From the NCBI RefSeq assembly GCF_022045235.1, contig NW_027266297.1, positions 66,588,001 through 66,652,000 on the forward strand: a DNA stretch of 64,000 nt. Direction: 5' to 3'. The notes below the pieces were generated by a model, which did not search any database, was not told the origin of the DNA, and was given only the letters and a program-made list of their open reading frames with translations. Positions within the stretch are counted from its first letter, which is position 1. Each line of letters opens with the position of its first letter. The stretch is from Haliotis cracherodii (lineage: Eukaryota). Positions 49,606-62,313 of the stretch are shown here, in pieces. Both the position numbers and the translations under genes were made by a program.

Positions 49606-50542
49606 TAAATGGGTTAATAATTTCTTGCTGTTTGTATGTATATATCTCGTTACCTTGACCTTGACCTTGACCTTGACCTTCTCATGCATATGGCATATGT
49701 CAAACGACTTCCCGACAAGAAGTCGATAGAAAAAATAAGTTGATGTCAATAATCTTTACGTAGCAGAATTGAGAACAAAACTTACTTGTGGTTTACACGG
49801 CCTATTTCTGCCATCTAGGCGGCTATTAGAATATCATTTAAAGGCATGCTTCGTTGTAAAGAGGTAGCATTCTCAAGACATTTGAAAGCAATGAACTGGA
49901 TACATAATTCGCGGACAGATGATTTCGTGACAATGGCAAATAAGGCAACCAGAAATTTTACATTTTTGTTCCTGATAGACACCCCTTCACCACCGTGACC
50001 AGTCATGTTGTACTCAGAAGTGATCGGAGTACCTTGCTGACACACTCCTAGACGTTCGTGAAGCAGGCGATCGTTGCCACTGTCGATTTAGTTCAGTTTA
50101 ACCTGCGACGTACACATTTACCGAACTATGAATTATTTATTTCGCATATGACGTAGTGTAACACTTCCTGGACATACATGGCGGCACCTGACAGTACAGC
50201 TGTCTCGATGTATCCGGCACTGGATGCTGGTCAATATCAGCTGACGTCACCAAAGCTATATTTGCGTCGTATTCGGGATATTTCCGTTTGCTCTATAAAT
50301 GTAGAACACAGATAAATCAGTCGGTGTGACATTATTCGACATGCAGACAGTTCATTCGTATGTATTGGTCATAGTGCAATAGCATGAGAAACATCACTTG
50401 TGTATGTGTGCTATTTTATCTTAGACTATTAAATTAGATAGTCATGTCTCAGCAAATACATGTCATTGATGTGATGCACATTATTGGGAATTCGTTTGTC
50501 ATTAATGTTTGTTTTTACACTTGCTCTTTGCGAACTGTCGAT

Positions 50543-50762
50543 TTTGTTTTGTTTGTTTGTTGTTTAACGCGGCACTCAGCACTCCATCCAAATGACGGCG
50601 ATCTGTAAATAATCGAGTCTGGACAAGCAAATCAAGTGTTTGATATGATGAGCATCGATCTGAAAAATTGGGATACGATGACATTCGTCAACCAAATCAG
50701 CGAGCCTGACCACCCGATCCCGTTAATCGCCGCTTACGAGAAGCACAGCATCTTCACGGGTC
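50543..50762 (-). mobile_element. Family C copy
   Basis: Family match with head deletion. Confidence 0.82.
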
Positions 50763-52042
50763 GTAAACTGTAGATACATGTAGTTAGCCTATGCCTGTGA
50801 TTATTACACATGAATAAAATATAGTATTCATCTTCATACTATTAGTATACTTATAAGCTTCAATTATATGACCCGAGTGAAACTTTTTTTTTTACCTCTC
50901 CCAGATTTAGAGAGGGGCCATAGTTGGTCACTGGTTGACAGTGAGCCAGACTCAAGTCGGGGCTGTTCAATGAGTGAGCTTGTGTGAAAAATCCTATACA
51001 TTTGTGCAAGCATATTCAAGAAAAAGTTCTACTCGTGAATAAGCATCCCCAGTGTCAGTCTTTATCACTTGACGGATTTCATATTTGTAGATCGGATTAT
51101 GGCGACGTTTGGCCATATGAAAGCCATATGAACGTAAGATTCAAATGTTGAGTTGGGCAGGTCATTTGGAACCACAGTCTCATCAGCATCGATAAGTTAA
51201 CGGGGCTTGGAGGGATGAGCATCATTGAGTCAGTTTCATTTCCTGCCCGAGCCCCAGACAACCTTCATAATTCAATCTGTTCACATCTACTCGAGCTCGT
51301 CCCTTCCCCATACAAAGCACAGTTGGTCAGTATTCGTCAATTTTCACTTTGTATCCATGAATTTTCAAAGGGGTGACTGATTCTATGTGATCGGCCATTT
51401 TGTCGCCGTTGATCAGAGAACAGGTGACTACAAATTGAATTTGATTGACATCTATCTCAACCTTGACACATTAAATATGATATCAAACGTGTATGTCATT
51501 TATGATACATTTATGTATCTATACAAATGCATCATGTATACAATTTTGTTTCATTGAGTAATTCTGTATCAAAACGTATCTATTCTTTGAATACACAATG
51601 CTTGTTGAATTTATTCTTGTTTACGGTTGTAATCAAATTTATCAATGGATGAATGAATATATCAAAAGTGTTACAAGAAAGGTCAAAGGGGGCGTATCAA
51701 CTTATCAAATTGAATGCAAGTGTTATGTTATGACAGTTTGTTAAACCTGTCTACGTAGAACCACGTGCATCACTTCGGGCTTTCCTCCCACATTAAGCTG
51801 AAACGCCGTGATATAACTGTAATACTGTTAAAAGCGACGTTAAACCCAACTCACTCACACACGAAGAACATATGTCCACAGATCTATCACGCATAGATTT
51901 TAATAGAAATGTCAGAAATTACCTCCCTGGAATACTCAATGACGTCAGACATCGATCGAGAAACCACAGCATGGCCCATTTAGCGTGATCACACACTCGC
52001 TGAAATGCAACTTGGAGTATCGAGCGGTCTACCAGGTCAAAC

Positions 52043-52208
52043 GGGGCGGTCGGGTAGCCTAGTCGTTAAAGCGTTCGCTCGTCATGCCGAAGACCCGGGT
52101 TCGATTACCGACATGGGTACATTGTGCGAAGCCCATTTCTGGTGTCCCCCGCCGTGATATTGCTAGAATATTGCTAAAAGCGGCGTAAAACCATACTCAT
52201 TCACTCAT
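52043..52208 (+). mobile_element. SINE family A
   Basis: Full family match. Confidence 0.9.
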
Positions 52209-52439
52209 TACTAGCTCAAACAAGGTATATGAGTATTGGCGATTATATTCATATGATGTATTCCTTGCAAAACTGGATAAAACATCCTAAAATTATTCCT
52301 TAAAGTTGATGTATGCTGGACTAGTATATATCCGATATTGTATTGAACAATGTGTAACCCGTGAATTCTGTCAAATTTAAAATTAATGTATTTGTGAGTA
52401 GGCCTTAGGCCCATATACAAGAAATGCAATGCCAATCAT

Positions 52440-52830
52440 ACAATGTTAAACACATTACATGGAAGCGCCCGTAAATTTATTCTTTCTCATACATTCGGCT
52501 GCTTTTAAAACAACCTGGACAAATGATTCGAGAGCGCGATCAATGCTTATATCAACGAGCTGTGTTGCTTCTAACAAAGATGATTGCGAGGCACATTGGA
52601 TATTTTCAATATATACATTAGCTAGAGTTGGATTCCAGGTGTATTTGTAATTATCACCACATATATCTGAATGTTGCTGATTATACATTTTCAGTGGCTT
52701 TATTGATGTATGAGAGACATTTATAATGTTCAACCCTGTCGTTTACAGGCGTCAACTCCAGCGATAAAATAATCGTTTACACTTGCCCCTGCGGAGATAT
52801 ACAGGTAAATTCTCCGTTGTGTTATGCATT
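52440..52830 (-). mobile_element. Degenerate LINE fragment (APE endonuclease end)
   Basis: GEFTCIS..GASVNDYFI resembles the FT...G.S..DY motif of APE domains; frameshifted. Confidence 0.5.
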
Positions 52831-53455
52831 TGAGAACGTACTGCTCAGGCTTTCTGCCCGAGGGTACATTTATGGATAGCAATGGTCACCTGAACCGCAT
52901 CACAACGACAAAAGAAAATATTAAAAAAAAGAGTTAAGGCTGTTGTCAACTTTCGGACGTCAAAGAAAGAACATATAGATTTCATGAAGCTGAACAATTT
53001 AGGTTCCGTTTAGGTTAAATATAATTTTCACTAGGATTCCGTTACTGCTGCAAAAAAATTGACGTCACAAGAAATGAAGTATTTCTAAATGACAGTGTTA
53101 ACCAGATGAAAGGTCAAAATCAACGTCATCACTATACGTGGATTGGTGTCATGAAGTGGCTATTTGCAATCTGGTATTCATCGGTCACTGAAGTAAAATG
53201 AAATAAATAGTTATATATATTATATATTTACGTTATAAATAAGGGTGACTGAAGTATTAACGTGCCACAATCATTTTGTCTACAGTTATTGTTAGATAGA
53301 GTTTGCAAACACGTGTGTTGAACATGCACGTTGGTATGGTAATAAAACAGTATTGGAAGGTTGGATGTGATATATTGAGTGATAAAGTGATTTATATATG
53401 TACTGTATATATACTGGAAATTTTACTAAGGGGGACTATATTTGAACTATACACT

Positions 53456-53619
53456 NNNNNNNNNNNNNNNNNNNNNNNNNNNNNNNNNNNNNNNNNNNNN
53501 NNNNNNNNNNNNNNNNNNNNNNNNNNNNNNNNNNNNNNNNNNNNNNNNNNNNNNNNNNNNNNNNNNNNNNNNNNNNNNNNNNNNNNNNNNNNNNNNNNNN
53601 NNNNNNNNNNNNNNNNNNN
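53456..53619. other. Assembly gap
   Basis: Run of N. Confidence 1.
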
Positions 53620-53859
53620 AAAGGTGCTTTTAAGTATAACTATCAACTAGAAATAATTATGATGCATTTATTGTCGTTGAGATTTTAACATAGCCTACGC
53701 CATATTAATCTGCTCGTAGACGTGTTCATTTGACATGTATTTAACGTACATTGGCTATTTAACCGTGCAGCGCTGAAGGGTTGATATGCCAGATTTATTG
53801 TAGACTTCTAAAATCTGTAAAGTGTTTGTTGCATAGACCTTCCGTATAGTAACAATTTC

Positions 53860-56790
53860 TTTAAAAGTAGAGGTGTGGCCATATTTTGTTCAAACTTCTT
53901 GGACTTTGTTTTTCCAAGCATGAAAACCGACGAGGAAGTAAACCTGATTGCTGTTGAACTCTCTATAGACAAGTACAAACTTTCTATCATTACTATCTAT
54001 GGCCCGAACGCCGATGAACCGCTTTTTAAAACTGAAAATCTCGATATACTGTTTCGTTCACTTAATAGCGATCATGTGGTAGTGTGTGGGGACTGGAGTG
54101 TAATACAAGACTATGCTATAGATACCTACACTTATAAGAACACAAATAATCCAAAGTCAAGAGAGAGAACCAGAAAGCTTAAGAACGAACAGGATTTTAT
54201 TGACCCGTGAAGTGAAACGTATTTGAAAGACCATACACCTGGCGATAACCCAACCCCTTAAAACAACCTCCTTTGGATTTTTTTCTAGTTTCTCATAATA
54301 TACTCCCATCCACCACGGAAACTATATAATTGAACCTTATTTTATATCAGATCACTCACCAACATGTATTACTTTCAACTTATCAGATTTACAACATTGG
54401 AAAGGCCTCTGGAAATTTAATAACTCTCTTTTGAGAGACACAAAATATGTTGAACTAGAATTGATTAAAAATGTAATTTCAAATACCAAAGAACAATATA
54501 AAATTCAAATATATACCATATAAAAAATTACAATTAAACGGAATTCAGTATTGATGATCAATTATTCTTCGAACGATGATTTTAAAGATAAGAGGAGAAA
54601 CGATTAAATATTCATCATATAAGAAAAAGAAAGAGAACAAATATTTTCCGAAAGATAAAAAACAATAGAAGTGCTCCTAGATGTGACAAACGTCCAATGC
54701 ACAAAAACAGAAATAGATATTAACAAATTATGAATACATTAATGAAATAGATAACATAAAATGACTTGGAAGCTATTAATAAAGGTCTCATTGTACGATA
54801 CAAAGCAACCTGGATAGAAAAATTGGAAAACCCAAGTAAATTCTTTCTTGGACTTGAATCTATTACCAGATAATTGGATAGCAATGGCACATTACTTGAT
54901 TCACAAGAAAATATACAGAAATATGTTTTATCAAAAACTGTATGCAAAACACGAAGTAACAAATATCAACTTGAATGAACTCCTAAATAATTATTCTGTA
55001 CCAAAACTAAACGATGATGTAACTTCGACAATGGAAGGTGAACTAGAATATAGTGAAGTCCTTGACGCTCTGAAATGCTTGAAAAATGACAAGAATCCCG
55101 GTCTTGGTGGTTTCACCGCCGAATTTCGTAAATTCATTTGGATAGACATTGGAAAATATTTAGAATATTTAATCAAATCTCTTTCGAGAACTTGACATTC
55201 TTCACGCTTCTCTGGACTAAAGGTAAACATTGTTAAAACACATCTGTGACGTCATTCTATTGTTTGAACGCTCCATTATTTTTCAGGAATGGAGAGTTGC
55301 TTGTCAACTGTACATTATCTTGAAGCAGCATTTGAATTTTTCAAATATTTTCAACTACAGAATATTTTGTCAAAGTGTAAAAGTAGGGATGAGTTTTAAG
55401 TAGGGGAAAATCCTCGTAACTCTCCATTCCTTAAAAATAATGGGCCTCGGCCCCTTCTGGGGCCTCTGCTCCATTATTTTTAAGGAATGGAGAGTTACTC
55501 GGACATTCCCCTCTACATAAGACACGGCTTATTTGGATGGAGTCGAAAAAAACATCAACTATCCACAGTCGAAACTAAACTGGGCCCAAGGTCCCTTTAA
55601 CCTCCTTGGAATATCCTGTTGTCTTGAGTTAGAAGAAATGATTGATTTAAATTATGAAGCGCGTTTTAGAAATTGTGAAACTGTAATGTCAATTTGGTCA
55701 GCCTGTCACCTTACTTCTCTCGGCAGAAATATAATTGTGATTTGTGAGAAAATAAGGACAGTGATTTTATGGTTCCGAGAGTAAGAGAAATAATATTGCC
55801 CCTAAAACTACCAATTATTAGAAGATTCTTCAATAAGCAACACAATTGGGTACTCTTTTTCAAATGAACATACCGAAAGTCGGACAATGGTCCTCATTTG
55901 AATACAACTGTCAGTATTTGAGAAACAATATGGTCAAAACCAAATTACGTTTACAAAGCTCTTCTCACTTCTTGGGGGATTTTATTACATCTATTCATTC
56001 CACAGAACTACAAGAAATAGACCTACTTAGGAATAATGTTTTGTTAAATAAAAACATCCAGAATAATGGAAAAGGTGTATTGAAAATTGGCACAGAAAAG
56101 GCAACGGTAACTTATTGGAAGAGAAAGGCAAATTTCTATCCTTTGAATCTTTTGTTAAGAATTTAATTTACAGACAAATTTCTTGATATACATGGGCATA
56201 GTAAACTCCATAACACAATACTGCAGAAAAAAGCATCAAGTAGATGAATGAATTTGAGACCCCTCTTAAATCCCATTAGATCCTTTAGTATCCAACACGT
56301 ACAGAAATGTGAAGAAAGGCACTCAATACTTTTACAAATGTTTAGTAAAAACATTTTGCAAAAAATCAACACTCCACAAAGAGGAAAACTATTTTATCTT
56401 CAGAGGACTGGACAAACTATAACAGCATACCCTTTAGGTGCACTGTAAATACTAAACTCCAATGGTTTCAAAACAAAATTCTACACCACTTCCTACCTAC
56501 TTAATGTATATTATTCAAAATAGGAAACGCAGACAATAATACATGTAGCCTTTGTGAAACGACTGAACATTTGTTTTGGGATTGCAGCAAAGTAAAACGA
56601 TCTGGACAGCACTGGAACTTTGGCTAAATACCAGCCCTCAATTTCAAGCAAATATCACCAAACGACACGTTTTGCTTGGATATCAATTCCAAAGTAATGA
56701 CCAGTTTAAATCTTATAATGATTCTTTGCACAAATCTTATTTTCTCACGTAAAGACACAAGGCATATTCCATCCTTCCAGACCTTCCAGA
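53860..56790 (+). mobile_element. L1/Tx1-clade LINE ORF2 remnant, RT core largely deleted
   Basis: SRGVAIF, IYGPN, VVCGDW, SDHS, GLWKFNNSLL, KIRGETIKYS, KNDKNPGLGGFTAEF, and C-terminal QWFQNKILH...CSLC..TEHLFWDC; many stops and frameshifts. Confidence 0.9.
55243..55518. mobile_element. Palindromic non-autonomous element inserted in the L1; related sequence at about 3265-3330 and 3530-3560
   Basis: IR GTAACTCTCCATTCCTTAAAAATAATGG...CCATTATTTTTAAGGAATGGAGAGTTAC. Confidence 0.65.
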
Positions 56791-57619
56791 ATGAACTTCA
56801 TCTCCCAATATACAGCATCTATGAGTGGGAATTTAGACAGATTCTATATATTGGTCATCATGTCATACAATTTTTTTGTAACATGGAAGTCATTGTTTAC
56901 TGTTTTGCAAAATACTATATGAAATGCAAAGCATAAAAATAATAGTAATCTGCATGTGTATCGATTGACCTAAACATGTCTTAATCTGTATGTATATTTA
57001 AGCTACACCTGTACCGCACGTCTACATGGGGTGACCTCAACATATGGCAATCTGTATGTATAGTTCAGTACACCTGTACCGCACGTCTACATGGGGTGAC
57101 CTCAACATATGGCAATCTGTATGTTTATTTCAGCTACACCTGTACCGCACGTCTACATGGACTGACCTCAACATATGGCAATCTGTATGTATATTTCAGC
57201 TACACGTGTACCGCACGTCTATATGGAGTGACCTCAATATGTCTTAATCTGTATGTATATTTCACTCGAAAGTCGAATCACGTTTAGCAGAAATCGGATA
57301 ACTAGAAAAACCGGATAAGTATGTGTAGATACTTGTGTTAGGTCCAGGCCGATTCTTTCTCATTAATCATCATTTGAAACCAGTTAATTGAAATCCTGTG
57401 AGTTGAAAAAAGCATGCAAGTAGAACATCTCCTTGGCCCCTCAGCAATTCTATGTAACATAGGTGAATGGATAGTTTAATAAGGAAAGTCTTGCAATTTC
57501 TCTTGTGTTGGATGTCAGATCCCAGCAACTAATTCTAAACATTTGAATGCATTTTCAAACATGTACTGCGGCTATGCACACATTCTTGTCATTTTGCCTG
57601 TGTATGAAGATGGAAATAG

Positions 57620-57757
57620 AGTGAGTGAGTATGGTGTTACCCCGCTTTTAGCAATATTCCAGCAATATCGAGCGGGGGACACCAGAAATGGGCTTCGTGT
57701 GAATGATCGAACCCGGGTCTTCGGCGTTACGAGCGAACGTCTTAACCCCACCGCCCC
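57620..57757 (-). mobile_element. SINE family A, degenerate
   Basis: Family match. Confidence 0.8.
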
Positions 57758-58107
57758 TGGTGATAAAAGTAGTGCAATAAGTGATAGCAAAAGTTCACCA
57801 GCCAACCGGACGTAGACACGTCAACTCAGTCCCTTTATTTTCTATCTAAAGAGTCGACACTATTTGTACAACAGTACAGTACAATATATGTTCTCGACAG
57901 TCAGCCCTGATGTGAACACATGCCTATATTACTGCTGACGTGTTGTGGGCTGACCGGCTTCACCGACTACAGCGAGACGATATCCAGCTCCAGACGCTTG
58001 CTTTGCACCCGGGACAGTTAAATCTTCAATCAATATGTACATAGTCAGTACGCCTGTCTTCGCGGAGATAGGCTAGTTACGTTAGACATATTAAAAAGAT
58101 GTCGAAT

Positions 58108-58347
58108 ATGTGAGTAGGGTGTAACGCTGTGAAGAGTGTGCCAGTTACATCACGACTTGTCAGCTGGGAGGAAAGCCCTAGTGTCTAAGGCCGTAGATGT
58201 TTGCCACTTAGCTGAATCTATAGGGTAGGCTCTGTCAGATCAAGGGTATAAACTTGAATGCGGAATTCGAAAGAACGACAGCATGACCTGGCAACTAAGG
58301 GACGCAACTCTTCATAGAGCATTAGGGGACCGTGGACCAGTGGCCAA
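58108..58347 (-). mobile_element. Old family B-related SINE
   Basis: GGGAGGAAAGCCC and AAGGGACGCAACTC anchors; highly diverged. Confidence 0.6.
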
Positions 58348-59282
58348 CCTAATATGTATTTTTTATTATCCTTGTTACCAAATAATTAACACTAATGTTT
58401 TAGGTTCTGATAACCACAATATCTCCAGTCTGGGTGTTGGGGAAAGAGTAGCGGGTGGCTACAGCAGAACGTGTCGACGTGAACGTGTACGACATGGACG
58501 TGTACGACAGCAGCAGTAGTCGTGTTGTAGGTCAGGATCGGGCATGGTATGTATACAAAACACACTTATGTATCAGCCACTGACTATTTAGGAAGGACAT
58601 CAACATACAACAATTGCCTTTCTACCGACGTACCTCTTCTCACCTTTTTTTCTTAAGGCCAACCATGCTGGAAATATGTAAAACATTAAACACAATTACA
58701 TCTCAATTTGAACAATACCGAGCTCCTATGTGAACTCAATTTCTTCCGAATCATCGATAAAAATTGAAATTGATATGTTATTTTTTCAGTCATGTCGCAA
58801 ATGATTTTCCTCCTAATTCTTCAGAGTGTTATACCGGAGTAGACAGCTGAAATAGCTGACTGTCTCACGTAAATTTTAGACCTGGCAATGTCACTGTTCC
58901 AGCTCCTGTGTCTCGTCCTGGCTGTTCTTATCCTGGTAAAAAGCTCCATGTCGAGAGGGAGCCAGTGAAGGAGCCTACGAAGACAATAGGGTGGAGCCAA
59001 TAGGGTTGGTACAGCTTCTGTTTGTTCTTGCCTTCAGTGTCGCCTCCTGCCTTAGTAATTTCAGCAGATATGTCCTTTTTTGGGACTCATGTGTGTGTGT
59101 ACAAATATCTATTGTGATTTTTAGTATTCATAAAATTTCTATTTTGTATGATATGTTTTCTATTTTCGTACATTGAAATAATTTCATTTTTATCTTTGGC
59201 TGCTGTTTTTTACGTTCGAGTGGTTGTCCATACCTCAGAAATAGAGTTACTTTGGCCGTCGCTATTGTGTCTCTTGGCTTTA

Positions 59283-59448
59283 GGGGGGCGGTCGGGTAGC
59301 CTAGTGGTTAAAGCGTTCGCTCGTCACGCCGAAGACCCGGGTTCAATTCCCGACATGGGCTAAATGTGTGAAGCCCATTTCTGGTGTCCCCCGCCGTGAT
59401 ATTGCTAGAATATTGCTAAAAGCGGCGTAAAACCATACTCACCCACTC
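59283..59448 (+). mobile_element. SINE family A
   Basis: Full length, TSD CTCTTGGCTT. Confidence 0.92.
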
Positions 59449-60040
59449 ACTCTTGGCTTAAGGAGATCTACGACAGATAGCGGACCAAACTGCAATCATT
59501 GTTTTAACCGAGCCCGGGTCGGGCCATTGTCTTGGCATTCCAGTAACAAGTATAGTACATTGGTACACAGCGACCCTCACCGCTGTGTTATATGCTGCTA
59601 AACCGGAAGCCCAGCTCGCCAGTACGCCCCCTGGCGTCACAATGACGGTGGATGAAGGGTACAACAGCGACACTGGTCCCAGGAAAACACGTTCTACGAT
59701 CCAAGACACGAGGACAGAGAGACGAAACGGTTGTTGGTGGCAGGACTAGAGTTGTTCACGTGGAGACCAGTGGTTCCGGTTTGATGAGAAGGAGTGAGAG
59801 AACAACACCCACTCACACCCACATCCCTTCGTATACCGACAGTTCAAACCAGTCAACTACTCTCTGTTGCAGTAGCAAATCTATGCGCTGAGTTTGTGTG
59901 GGTTTGAATCCCAGGTTCGATCCGATTATGAACCTTGGTTTGGCATCACTGTACCAAAGTGATAACGTTCAACACCGCCCACATAGACGAAACTCTGTGT
60001 TACAAAGTACTCTCTGTGGTGTACTCCACCATCATATGTA

Positions 60041-60200
60041 GTGAGTGAGTATGGTTTTACGCTTTTAGTATTATTCCAGCAATATCACGGCGGGGGACAC
60101 CACAAATGGGCTTCACACATTGTACTCATGTCGGAAATCGAACCCGGGTCTTCGGCGTGACGAGCGAACGCTTTAACCACTAGGCTATCCGACCGCCCCC
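60041..60200 (-). mobile_element. SINE family A
   Basis: 11-bp TSD CATCATATGTA. Confidence 0.92.
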
Positions 60201-60275
60201 CATCATATGTAACATGTTGGTCATGTCGTGTGTGGTGTCACAGTATCGGATGACGTCACAAATATGGTTGCATGC

Positions 60276-60306
<31 letters not shown>

Positions 60307-60395
60307 AATCGTCATTTACCATCCGCATGTACATGATCATTAAAAGTGTACCCGGATTAACGGAATACAAGCAGAAAATCAATGGTATTTTCAGT

Positions 60396-60642
60396 AATAA
60401 TAATTTTAATATTTATATAGCGCCGAGTACCAGCTAGGCTGCTCACATCCGCTCCACATTATTATTACCCCGATCTATGGATCAGTGTGAACTCGATTGT
60501 GATTCTCAGCTCCTTGGGGAGTATACAACCCAATCTTTCTCGGTGGCAATGGAAAGTTAACAGTCACATCTCATCTTACCGGGTACCCATTCACTGCTGG
60601 GTGAACTTAGGCATATTTCGAACAAAGTCACTTGCCTAAGGA
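60396..60642 (-). mobile_element. CORE-type SINE remnant with L2-like tail
   Basis: Reverse complement reads CCTTAGGCAAGTGACTT...TTCACCCAGCAGTGAATGGGTACC and ends GCGCTATATAAAT. Confidence 0.55.
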
Positions 60643-60651
60643 AACGTCAAA

Positions 60652-60914
60652 TGTGTGGGTTCGATCCCCGGCCGCATCATACCAACAGACGTTGAAAGAC
60701 GTTACCCTGTCTGGCGCTCGGCATTAAGGAGTCAGTATACTGTGTCTGAGTAGGGTATTCATGTTAAACTGCGGCATGGTATCTCAGTGGGCTAGCACTA
60801 TAAAATCGGCATCAATCCGGACTAATACAAGCAGCCACACACTCATGTGCATGCACGTTGCTCTATAAGAGCAATATTCTTAGACGCGAGGTAAAACCCC
60901 ATTTCACCTCACCT
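60652..60914 (+). mobile_element. V-domain-like SINE remnant
   Basis: B box GGTTCGATCCC followed by CATACCAACAGAC...CCCTGTCTGGCGCTCGGCATTAAGG, which resembles the V-SINE central domain. Confidence 0.5.
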
Positions 60915-61255
60915 ATAATAAACCACCAACATGACGGGGGAAGACACCGGGGTTCACATAGAGTACCTCCATGGGGCATCGGACTCGGGTGTTCTCGTGA
61001 AAGGTTAACGACATCATGTCATTCGTGACCAACTCGTGTTATTCCGGGACAAGCCGAATTGCAGGTTACGGAAAGGGGCGAGTGGTGACGAATGGACATC
61101 ATGTGTCTCATCGATCCTTTTGTTATGCATTGTCTTCTATTCTACTGCCGGATCACCAGCATCTTTAACGAGACGTCTCACTGAACCTGAAGTTGAAGCC
61201 TGCTCTATTTTAATTGTTACAACAGCTTACAACTGCCACTTTGCATTGTCCTATC

Positions 61256-61506
61256 AAGATCTCGGGGTAGAATAGGTCTTCAGCGATCCATGCTTGCCGT
61301 AAAAGGCGACTATGTTTGTTGTAAGAGGCGACTAACGGGATCGGGTGGTCAGACTCGCTGACTTCGTTGATGCATGTCATCGTATCCCAAATGCGTGGAT
61401 CGATGATCATGAGATCAATCAATGGATTGTCTGGTCCAGACTCGATGATTTACACAGCGCCGTCATATAGCTGGAGTTCGGCGTTAAACAACAGACAAAC
61501 AAACAG
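61256..61506 (+). mobile_element. Family C copy
   Basis: Family match. Confidence 0.88.
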
Positions 61507-62256
61507 ACATTGCCCTCTCGTGGCCTCGGTATATTGTGGGTGTTGATCGTGTGGACCTGGTTCGAACCCGACCTGATACACCGGTATTGGTCATCTGTCA
61601 AATTGACAATACTGTTGAATAAGGGTAAATATCTAACGCACCCACTCAATCCCAAGGTCGCAATACGTCGTGTGTCATGCACAGGATAAACCCGTTTAAC
61701 ATGCTCACCAACACTGGCATGACACAGCACAGTTCAATACCCGCAGTGCTCATATCAAACATTTGCTCAATCATAAAAATAACTATAAGCGTTTTAACAA
61801 CACCCACACGATCTCTACATAAACATTTGACAACAACATGCAAATGCTTCACAATTCGTCGCACTGTACGTACGTATGCAGTATTGAACAAAACTGGTTT
61901 AGCAGTGTGAGTGAATAGATTCTATACAAAATCACCTTCATTATACAGCTCGTAGCTGTGTCCCGTTCAACCGGTCTCCCGCAGCGGTGTCGACGACAAT
62001 CACCCCCCGACTTGGCATGTCGTCCCGAGTCAAGATGTAGCCCTGTCATTGAGATACAGGTGCGGTAATGTAGGCCTGCATAACACGGGCGTTGATACAT
62101 TGGCATAGAGGACAGGTGTACACACTGGGACAACTCTTGGGTCCTGGGACAATCACGACACACGGTGCTTGGAGCTCTGCGACAACTTAAAGCGCTTGGA
62201 GCTCGGTCTGGGACAACGAGACAGTGTTTGGAGCTAGCTATGCGAGGTAGACCGCC

Positions 62257-62313
62257 ATGGCGGCCACAGGATGTCTCAAGCCATGGTTCATACTTTTCAA
62301 CTGTATATTTTGG
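62257..62313 (+). CDS. Tetraspanin paralog, exon 1 (MAATGCLKPWFILFNCIFW); gene continues beyond the window
   Basis: GCCATGG Kozak, same 57-nt length and phase-0 donor (GTGAGT) as gene 1 exon 1, clear sequence similarity. Confidence 0.87.

Larger units (their letters stand above)
56983..58968 (+). pseudogene. Tetraspanin pseudogene (exon 6 remnant in 66-bp repeat; exon 7 57935-58043; exon 8 58429-58530; exon 9 58903-58968)
   Basis: Exon 7 LTCCGLTGFTDYSETISS[2-nt del]PDACFAPGTVKSSINMYI is 37 codons once repaired, as in gene 1; its acceptor is mutated to TG. Exon 8 SGCWGKSSGWLQQNVST*TCTTWTCTTAAVVVL* has a 15-bp duplication and two stops and is 29 codons once repaired, as in gene 1. Exon 9 LLCLVLAVLILVKSSMSRGSQ* has an intact TTCCAG acceptor. 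Confidence 0.88.

Noticed and set aside
50178-50320. MAAPDST... as the missing exon 1 of the pseudogene
   Set aside because: Similarity to tetraspanin exon 1 is limited to MAA; no hydrophobic FN..FW segment or matching donor
58480-58482. In-frame TGA as selenocysteine or readthrough codon
   Set aside because: It aligns to a Trp codon within a 15-bp duplication, and the same locus has a frameshift, a lost acceptor and a second stop
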